Source: Kudoa neothunni | Lineage: Eukaryota > Animalia > Cnidaria | Length of the DNA: 64,000 nt | NCBI GenBank assembly: GCA_964304625.1 | Contig: OZ199839.1 | Coordinates: 1,924,093-1,988,092, forward strand | Direction of reading: 5' to 3' | Shown here: piece by piece, positions 54,457-64,000 of the stretch | Numbering within the stretch: position 1 is the stretch's first letter | Layout: every line of letters begins with the position of its first letter | Notes under the pieces: generated by a model | Seen by the model: the letters and a program-made list of their open reading frames with translations, nothing else | The model's database searches: none | What the model was told of the DNA's origin: nothing | Made by a program: the position numbers and the translations under genes

Positions 54457-55488
54457 CTACTTTAACGTTTCCAAAAACGCATCTTTTCTATTTTTAATGT
54501 ATTTTCTAATGAACATATATTTATCGAAATAACTGAAATTTAAATAGATATAATTTGCAATTATATGTAAAAATAATCTCTTATACGTATATTTTCTGGT
54601 TCCATTTAATGGAAAAGATGATTTTAATTGTTGCCAGGTAGATTCAATTGTATTGGTATGCGTTCCATCTTTAGCAACGAAACACTTACTGTGATTTACA
54701 GTTCGATGTCTGTATCTCATGCTTCCACGCGATTTATAAACTCTAGCGGCATCCGTAAATATTGTTGTCCCTGAATTTGATTATTTTCCCGGCCCTCATC
54801 AAAAATACCAGGCAATATGTATTTTTAACTAACGTAAGCAATGTGGCATGGTTTAATTTACAGGAATAGCAAAAATTCGGTTGGTTCCACGTTCAATGTC
54901 ACCAAACATCCATTGCCCTTCTGTCCTCCGACCACAATTATATTTCCGTTTTCCAAATTTGGACTCATCTATCTCGACAATCTTTCCAGGCTCCAATGAG
55001 TAATTATATATGATTGAAATAATTGGTTACCTCCAATTGGTTGAGAATCGATTAATAGGATTTCACCACAAAGGAATCTAACTTCCTTTCTCAAATCCAC
55101 AAGAGTTGCAATGGATTCTCTGCGTAAATCCTATTGGATAAATGAATTTTTGCAATTATGCAACAGGTAGTAAAACATTAAGAGTATTGTTTACATTGAA
55201 GAATTAACATAGTTATTAACAATATTTTTGCTCTTAATTTCATGTTTGAAAATTGGAACAGGGAATTTGACCTTATAGAAATGAAATGTCTACATTTTTT
55301 ATTGTTGCAGCGCCATACAACCTTGTCGAGCTTCATTTTGGACTCTTTGACTAATTTTACCATTCCAGTAGTACACTTCGTGTAAATGCCATTTCTGTTT
55401 TTTACAAGATTAAACCCAGTCAAAAACATGATAAGGTCTTTTTTGAGGAAATCTTATATATTGCACCAGTATTAAAAACCTTTGTCAT
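54457..55488 (-). pseudogene. Merlin (IS1595/ISXO2-like) DDE transposase remnant with introns
   Basis: Motifs WRCNNKKC, PGKIVEIDESKFGKRKYNCGRRTEGQWMFG, GTTIFTD, HRTVNHS..FVAKDGTHTNTIESTW; several frameshifts and stops. Confidence 0.85.
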
Positions 55489-56450
55489 AGTTGCTTTTTA
55501 ACCGCGTGCTTTGTCGTAACAACGTAACGTTGTTTTCCTCAATGAAATAGCGATTCGAATATCTTTTATAATTAATACATAGAGGTTTATTATGCCTCGT
55601 TTTATTAGTTTATATTGTTACTCCCTTAAAAAACATCTTTTGGCAAATCATTTGAAATACTTATCATATTTGCATGAAATGTTATGCTTATGTTAATATT
55701 ATATTTATATATTATAAATTGAATCTAATAAATAAATATAGCTGTTTATACGAGAGTAATTGAACATTAATTTAAGGATACAATAATTAATATATTATGC
55801 ATATGATAATTTTTTATAATATGTAATTATGTATGTTTGTTAATTGCGTGATAACTCCATACGTGAGCGATTGTATTCGAATAAATCTTGCATGCGTTAT
55901 CAGAAAGGTTTAGTGCTATCTTAATTGTATTATTTTTCAAAGTGATTTACAAATTTTTACCATAAATAAATAAAATATTTAAAAAATAAAGTGATGTTTT
56001 CCATGGTAAATTACATATATTGTGTTAATAAATATATATAAGATATGAGATTTTTTAAGTATTAAAATGCTTTTATTCTTTATTAAAAGAATATATAACT
56101 TTATTCTATTTCCATACATATTTTATGGTCAATAGAAACATAATAAGTAACAACATATTTATCGTTTTATATTTTGATGTTAACATTTAAATGAGTACGC
56201 TATCATAGCGAGCGTTAGAACAATCTAATCTATGTATAAAAATTCATGAAACTAAAATAATTACCGATTCATTGTTTGGTAATATTTATGAATTAAATAT
56301 AGAGAGAAGGTAGGAAATTCGCAGAAGTTATGGCGAATGTGACATTACCTGCACGCGCACTCGTACAGAGGTATCACCGATTCTAAAGTGGAGGGATTTG
56401 CAGGCTTTATTTTAAGTGATCTAAGCTTTATCGCAAAGTTATTAAACGAA

Positions 56451-56770
56451 GTATTCAAAATACTCGATGTAAGAATGAATGGATCGAACTTTCGAGAACG
56501 AGGAATATATGGCTGTTCATAGAGTTCAATATAATAGGAAAATAAATTAGCCAATGGCATAAAGGACAACACGAAAGACAGCACTCTTATAACTGTCGGT
56601 TGAGGACAGTTCCATGAGTTTTCTTTGAGAGCTAATCTAAAAATGAAAAAATTAAATAGAAAATCTAAAAAAAAATAAAGAAATCATTCGAGATCCATCA
56701 TACCGAAATGCTGGAACACATTACAAGGTTAAATTTTTACTTTTGAAAAATAAAATAAACTTCGTTTAAA
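56451..56770. repeat. Second copy of the dispersed repeat at 25450-25776
   Basis: Direct-orientation alignment by eye with long identical blocks (e.g. CAATATAATAGGAAAATAAATTAGCCAATG, GAGGACAGTTCCATGAGTTT). Confidence 0.8.
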
Positions 56771-57016
56771 ACAAGAGAAATAACAAATTTTTTATTGAAC
56801 AAAATAATTCTGTTTTAAACTACCTTATCTGTTTTCAAAATAATCTGTGAATAATAAAAAAATTATTACGAAGATTTTTCACATCTCTCTATAAAGTTAT
56901 TCTTAGTGCAACGAGGGAATAAATAAAAAAAGCAGAAAAAGCGGTCGCGCACCCACCAAATTCCTCCCATATGCACAGGCGTTAAACATGGATATTTAGC
57001 AGTGTAGGGTTATTAC

Positions 57017-58943
57017 TAGGGGATGCCGCTTTCGATTAAAATCGATTTTCGTCAATTTTAGCCGTCTAATTTTTTTAAAAGTTTTGACGGTGATTTTTCG
57101 TAAATGATCGATCTATTCCGAGTTAACTTAGACATGGATAGACATAAGAGAGAAATTTCTAGTTTTCTGGAAGAATGGACGGATATAGAAAATGTTAAAA
57201 ATGAATTAATTTTAAAATATTGTAAAGTAAAACTTCCGTTAAAATAAAAAAGAATTGACGAGCATTTGAAATCGAGAAAACACATTTCATTGAAAAAAAA
57301 GGTTAAGGAGACGTCCGTCATGCCAAATATTTTCTTTAGGGATAGAATTGGTGTCCATTGTAGTTTTTTGTGGAGTCCCGCTGTCTCTGATTGATAAGAA
57401 AAGTTATCTGCGACGATTTTTGTCAAAGTATTGTTGGCCTTCTAGATCATTCCTAACAGTCGCACCTTGGTGGATACGTATTTGCCGATGATATTTGAAA
57501 ATAATGAAGATAATGTGAGGTCATTATTAGCGAATAAGTCATATCATCGATGAAGCACCTGATTTTACAAACAGGCCATTAATAAACATTTAAGCAAGTT
57601 TTTATGATTCTGAAGCTCTCGAAAGAAGGACGCTTACGCTTAATTCCAAGACATTATCAGAATGTAACTCATTCATAGTTGCGAATGAAGTTTCGGAAAC
57701 ACTTCGAGCATATGGAATAAATTGGAGAAACTGTATGGCAATCATTTCTGATTCTGCCTCATATATGAAGAAATATTTCAAAAATTTGTCGGTTATGTAC
57801 AACCATATTATTAGAGTACCGTGTTTTTCCCGTATGATATATCTGGCGGTTAAAAAATCGATTGACGTTGTGTTTGATAGAGTCAAAAAGTTCTGCATGA
57901 AATTTTCTGCACTTTTTTGTAAAAACAGATCTGCAAAAAATTAATTCCTTAAAATTTTTGTCAATCATGGAATAGAGTTTCGAAAAGAGAGTCCGCGAGT
58001 ACTTGACACAAGATGGTACAGTATGTACAATTGTATACCATACCGCCTTGAATATTTTCCAGCCATTTCCGACTTTTTGTTGAACTCAAACTATGATTCT
58101 AATTCATCATTTATGAGTATTTTTGAGATATCCAATGAATCATTAAGCGAGTTACATATTTACCCTAAATTTATCCTTTATCTTTGTCTCCATTGTATGG
58201 TTTTTCCACCCCGATCGAATCCAAGAGTTCATGTGATTTTTCACATCTCCATAATTGGATGAAATGTAATTACAATATTTCCCTTACAGATACATTAAAT
58301 AATTTTAAAAATTCCATGGAACTGTTTCCATTAGACAGAAGAGAAAACATTTTCGGAAATATGTCAAAATTTGTTAATTTGCTGGTTGTTGAGATGTCTA
58401 CAATAATTAATAAACCAATTGAAGGTTGTTTTCCGTCCGAGCACTTTTTCGAAACTGTTCGAAATCTTGATTTTTCACAGTATTATAGTTTTAATAATGT
58501 GAAATTATCTGATATTTCACAATTCGTTTGCAGCGTAGCGGAAAAAGAAAATCTTCAGCGTGAATTTTTAACATTTCCGCGCTCTGAAACAGGTAATGTA
58601 TCCGATTCTTGCAATTCTTGGGAAACATACGATAAATTTCATCCAACTATTTAAAAAATCAGTAAAGATTTGAATTGAATTGAATTCCATTATCATCTAT
58701 ATCAATCGAAAGTAGTTTTTTCCAAATGAAACATGTATTCACGCAAAATAGGACGCGTTTGTCAAATGAAAGATTTATAATACTTTAAATATTATATTAT
58801 AATGGTAAACTATAAAATTATATTATTTTTCCAAGTATTGTTTATTTTGCACTGAAGATTTTGGTAGGAGCATGCGCATTACCTGAACTTAGGAAATAAA
58901 CGTCGAATTTTTTGAAAATAAACGTCGAAAACGGTATTCCCTA
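57017..58943 (+). mobile_element. Decayed hAT element with both ends intact (transposase resembles the hAT19/CGGBP-related type)
   Basis: Perfect 8-bp TSD GTTATTAC (57009-57016 and 58944-58951); 19-bp TIRs TAGGGGATGCCGCTTTCGA / TAGGGAATACCGTTTTCGA; remnants IDEAPDF..RPLINI, ISDSASYMKK...RVPCFSRM, DTRWYS, SISIESSFFQMK. Confidence 0.9.
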
Positions 58944-59936
58944 GTTATTACGCACTCGAGTATTTGCCCCAACAAAGTGCGTAATATCCTTGCACAACTG
59001 TATTCAATCTGTCGGAGATAATATTATTTTCAAACATATTTTTAAAACTTCTGCTGCACGACTTTTTGAATTAGAACAGCAAATAGCACCTATTTGTGAT
59101 TTCATAGACTTTTCTTTTACAAATAAATATTTAATTAACGACAAAATTAAAATTAAATTAATAAAAAAATATTTTCATTATATTATATTTAATTGCTTAC
59201 CTAACATTATAGACAAGACTATAATCTTGAATAGATTATATAGATTTTACAAAATTTTCCAAAAGATTTGGCGGCACTTTGAATGATGAATGGTATACAA
59301 TCTTGTCTTATTTTGGACAAACGTAAAATTAGTCATATAATTTTCTCATAATTATTCGGATCGATAATGATAAATAAACATAAGTTTAACACTCGAGTTA
59401 GCCAAACAAACTAGGAGATAGGTTTAGAAACTTTTTAAGTCCTACGACAATGCGAAGATATTTTTCATTCGACCTCGTAAAATTTGAAGTCTTCTAATTT
59501 TCCTTACTTTCTATTTAATGAAACATACATGTTATCATAACGGTTTCATAAATTCTAGTGAACAAAATTATGGGAATTTTATTAGGGTGGTAGTTAACTT
59601 TAATCATTTTCCTGATCATTAAACATTTGTTTAGATCGAGTTAAATATTTTTTGAGACATAGATTTTGTGTGCAAGTAGAATCAATTCGCTGATTTGTCA
59701 TTTTTGCTGATTACAATCTAAGGTGATATGTTTAATTGTGCAATTTGTTTACAGGGTGACTGCGAAGTTGATTGGGTGATGTGAGCAACCAGCTGGCGTT
59801 GTTACGGCGTAAATCAAACGTGTTAATATATGTGAATTGTAACCATTGTCAACCTATTTATTGACTCTGTATTAGTGAAATAGTATAAAATAATAATTTC
59901 TTTTAAGTTGAAGCCATTTAAGTCAGTCGAAAATTT

Positions 59937-62025
59937 ATGAATGAAAGTTACTTTCCACACAATTCAATAGTTTACATATCTCCTACAAAACGCAGTGAAA
60001 TTACAAATATGGAGAAAGGTAATGTAGAGGAAAAAGTGCTAATACTCGAAAAGGAATTGGAATCAGCCAACCACGCAAATTTAACAGCTGCCAAGTATGG
60101 TATTGAGCTGTTGGAACGCAACAGAACACTAGAACAAATCGTTGACCAAACTACGCACGAAAACAATCTTTATCGGACACAGATTGTAAGTCTACGCGAA
60201 GAATTGTACAAACTAAAACACAACATGTTGTATTCGCTGGATTCAGCTGATGATGAAGAAGATTGGGAAGAACCCTCTCAATCGAACCCTTTCGCCTCAG
60301 ATCCTTCAAACCAACTCAAAAAGTGTCAAATTCTTCTTGACATGGAGCTAAAATACAATCTAATGGAAGAAGATTACCAAAAACAGCTTCTAGAGAATCA
60401 ATCAACAATTAAACAGCTGGAACATCATTTGAATGATGTTCAGTATATGTTTGAAGAAAGGTGTAAGCTATGTGAGGATTTAGACTTTAGAAATACTAAC
60501 CTAGAAAGGGACTTAAAACATTATCATGACACATTATTAGAGGTTGAAAGAATGAATGTAATTATTAACTAATTTTGATGTTATTTAAAGCTACTTTAAA
60601 GGATAAAGTGAGCCAGATTACTAAAGAGAATACGATCCTTAACGGAAAGGTTAAAATCTTGTTGGGGCAGAACAAAGAGTTACAACAACAACTTGATGAA
60701 TACATTCGAATTTACAGCGAATCCCAAGAGCATTTAACTGAAATTGAGTCTCAGCTTGAACCGAAAACTGAAACTGCAACCGATATACCACTCAAAAATA
60801 ATCAGCCTGAATTTTTGAATAACATTTGTGATTTTTGTTATCTAGGTACTTTTATTATTAATTTTGAATTTTATATTAAAATTCACTTTAGATCAGTTTT
60901 CAATCGATTACAATTTCAAAGTAATAGAAGTTTAATAAAAAAATCCTCACATGTTGATTTATTGTGATCTAGCCTATAAATTATACATACGACGACTCGG
61001 GGATTTTAGTTGATCAAAGCACCGCCGACATAACAGTACTACATGATCAAATTTTCTAAAGGTAATGGTTGTAATTCCTCATTTTAGACTGCGACCAATT
61101 CGACGTTAAATTTGACGGAGCAAAAAGACTCAGTTGAATATGGGATTGTTAACTCAAGCCATCTTCAACAAAAAATAACAAATTATGAAACTTTTATCAA
61201 CAATGCTTACGTACACACCAAAGGAATATGTGATTGTCTGGATATAAGTATTAAAGGGATTGAGAAGAATTTTAATAAATACCCTGAAACCAAAATTACG
61301 TGTGAGGATAATGTTTCCAAAAATACCTTTGTTATTCTTGAGGCGATGGGTCAGATAAGAGAACTCATGGTTTCAAAGCAACAAATCCATCAGCATGAAG
61401 TGGATAATACTAGGAAACATTCTTCGATGCATTTTACAGGAATTTCATCCAGCGAAATGGACAGATTAGGAAATCAAAGTAACTGAAAATGCAATAAAAA
61501 TTAAAATAATTAAATCTATTTAATGTAGGTGGTTCACTACAAAATTCTAAAATACTATTAAAAACATTGGCACATCAAACGGATCAATTGAGAGGCGAAA
61601 TAAATACGCTGAGAAATGAACTCGCAGTATGCCGATCCGATAAAAATCGTCTCCAACAAAAATACAATCATCTTCTATCTAAAAAAGACAATATAAATAT
61701 AGAAGTAGTTTGCAAGAATGAGTTGTATAAATTTGAGATTCAAATGTTGAAAAATAAATTTTCAAGTCTTTATCAGCGCCACAAATTTGAAACTAACCAG
61801 CTAAAAAAAGAGCTTTACGAAGTCAATCTCCAGCTCCATGAGACCATTCATCAAAAATTGATACTTCAAAATATTTTGGAAGACATTCAACTTTCCAAAG
61901 ATATTCATAGCCTCCAGATATATGATATGAAACGCCAAAACAGAAAGAAAATCCCCCTATCTAATTTTCCCGCACAAAATGATCCATTGAATAGGGAAAT
62001 ACATAAGTTTGATTCGGATTTGTAA
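59937..62025 (+). CDS. Bicaudal-D-related dynein activating adaptor (BICDR/BICD family)
   Basis: CC1 box AAKYGIELLERN; extended coiled coil; C-terminal NLQLHETIHQKLILQNILEDIQ matches the BICD/BICDR cargo-binding motif (AIQQKL.L.Q.LE). ORF pieces joined by short introns. Confidence 0.78.
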
Positions 62026-64000
62026 TTTTAATGATTTTTTCGAATATGTTTAAAAATATTAGTGATCAGGTTTCTTCGCATTGGATAACTAGCTTTGTAG
62101 ATATATATTATTATTATTATTAAGTTATGGTTAAAATACAACTGTTCTAATATTAAGTCATCACACGTAACTTACATGATTTTAAAATTTTTCCAAACCA
62201 AACAATATTATTTTTACTAGCTACGCAATTCATCCATTGTGTTCTGTTAATAATTACTTAATATTCTATCAATGTGAGAATTTACTTTTATTTTTTGTAG
62301 AAAAGTAACAGAAATGTTCGTCCTTGATTTAATGACTTATTTTGAACTCTAAGTGGAAATTTAGCTTATGAAATAAAGGGTCGGGTTCACTTGACTGTTT
62401 GCTACTTGCGTGGGAATTTTACCACCAAAAACCATTAAATACAGCCATATTAAAAATGATTACTTATGAGATTGTATTTTGCCTAAATGTTTTCATGGTG
62501 ATTTTTCTGTCTATTTATAAAATGCTTGATGAGGTTTTAACTGTGTTGTATGGTTTCTGGGACATTATTACATATTTAGCGTAATATATTTCAAAAATTG
62601 GCAGTACAAACAAAAGAATTTTAGGAGAAAAATTGCAATAGAATATTAGAGGGGTTTATTTCTTGAAATTGTTACTATTTCTAGCCTAAAATGAAAATTC
62701 CGATTTAATAACATTCGATGATTAATTATTTTATTGCTTTAATCACAAAAGTATATTAAAATTTATTATAATACCGCAGTATTCTCTTATTGTGACAATA
62801 GATATATTTTTTTGATCATATTAGTATATGCATTCGTACATTCATATGCTCTATGTTTTAATTTGGTTTAATATAAATTTCATATACAAGGGTACCAACT
62901 AATATATTATGTTAATGGATTTAAAATGTTTATCGATAAGGGCAAAATTTATTTTAATAAAGCATGCTTGTAAATATTTTTCGTAATTTAATTTCAAATT
63001 CAGTCCAGGTTCTAAAATCAAAATTCCTAATGATTTTTTATGTATGCGGAATTAAGATAAATGAAAGAGGAACTAATTTTTAGAAATTCATTGACCCATT
63101 TAAGGTTTCAACTACAGAAAATATTTTTTTTTAATTTTAGCATTAAATGATAAAAATAAAATTTTGAATTGATTATCAATCAAATGTAAGAGAAATATAA
63201 CCATAATAGAATTGAAACATTTGTTGATAGATAAATTCCATCTTAAAATTCAACTAAAATTTGTGGCTATAATAATAAATTTTAATTTATGATATACAAA
63301 TTCGTAATTTAACCATTTCGATACTCATATTTTGAAATCGTTTATAATCAAATAAAGTTCAGAAACTTCGTTATTATAATATTGAAGTTGGGGGAGTTAA
63401 AGTCATCAACAGTTTTTGAACGATTTAGAAACACCATTGGGTATGTTATTATCACAAAGCGAATTTTTGGTAAAAATGAAACTGATATATCTGAAAAAAT
63501 TTCAAATTCTTATCTTATTAAATTATTGACATATTTTAAAATTTATTTAATCCTTTCGTGTCCAAATTTTTATTTCGAGCTTAAAAAATTACATTTAATA
63601 ATACTATCTTTTTATCTTATCTGTAAAAATTTTAAATTTGAATAAAATAGTTAAACGAAACTTTTTTACATTTTCCATCAAGGGCATTAGAGTAACCTTT
63701 GGGCATCTGCGCAAAAAAGAATTTCAACAATAATCGTGGCTCAAAATAGATTGTTACGCAATTGTATAGTTTTATTTATTATGAAAAGAATAGAAACAAT
63801 CCCGTTCTTTTACTATGCAACGTGGGGTATTGCATTTCAAGCAAACGAATTGTGTCTCTCTTTTGCATAATCCACATCTGCTTTTTTTGTCTACCATTTC
63901 GGGGTAATGGCCGACATTGTCAGATATGAACGATTTAGATAAGTTGTTAATTCTATTTTGAGTAGAGTAACTAACCGACTCTGTATTCGTTGATGTATCA

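Noticed and set aside
54830-54862. Apparent GT-AG intron in the Merlin remnant (gtaaat...cgttag)
   Set aside because: It translates as the expected coding segment (PVN..ATLLTLVK) with a frameshift, so it is decayed exon.
62026-64000. Short ORFs 62399-62584 and 63382-63645
   Set aside because: Low-complexity AT-rich ORFs with non-ATG starts and no motifs; treated as intergenic.

Overview
This is AT-rich eukaryotic DNA from a metazoan, with compact genes split by many short GT-AG introns (~35-60 nt) and intergenic regions full of decayed, nested transposons. The highly diverged proteins suggest a fast-evolving, possibly parasitic lineage such as a myxozoan; this is inference only. Host genes in order: the 3' end of an unidentified membrane-protein gene; INTS9; a ~2,070-aa almost intronless type-I membrane coiled-coil protein; a selenocysteine-containing thioredoxin glutathione reductase (Grx-CPFC + TrxR, C-terminal GCUG, candidate non-canonical SECIS); an integrin alpha; a probable PTP pseudophosphatase; an ADAM/reprolysin with no transmembrane segment; Cu/Zn SOD; and a BICD/BICDR-type dynein adaptor. 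Mobile DNA: many piggyBac copies and MITEs, several hAT elements (two with perfect 8-bp TSDs), Helitron 3' ends, an intron-containing Merlin transposase remnant, and two tRNA-headed SINEs with 13-14-bp TSDs. The SINEs share a structured 3' domain, differ in their middle modules, and both lie antisense near the 5' end of piggyBac elements. Exon boundaries were read by eye and are approximate unless stated.
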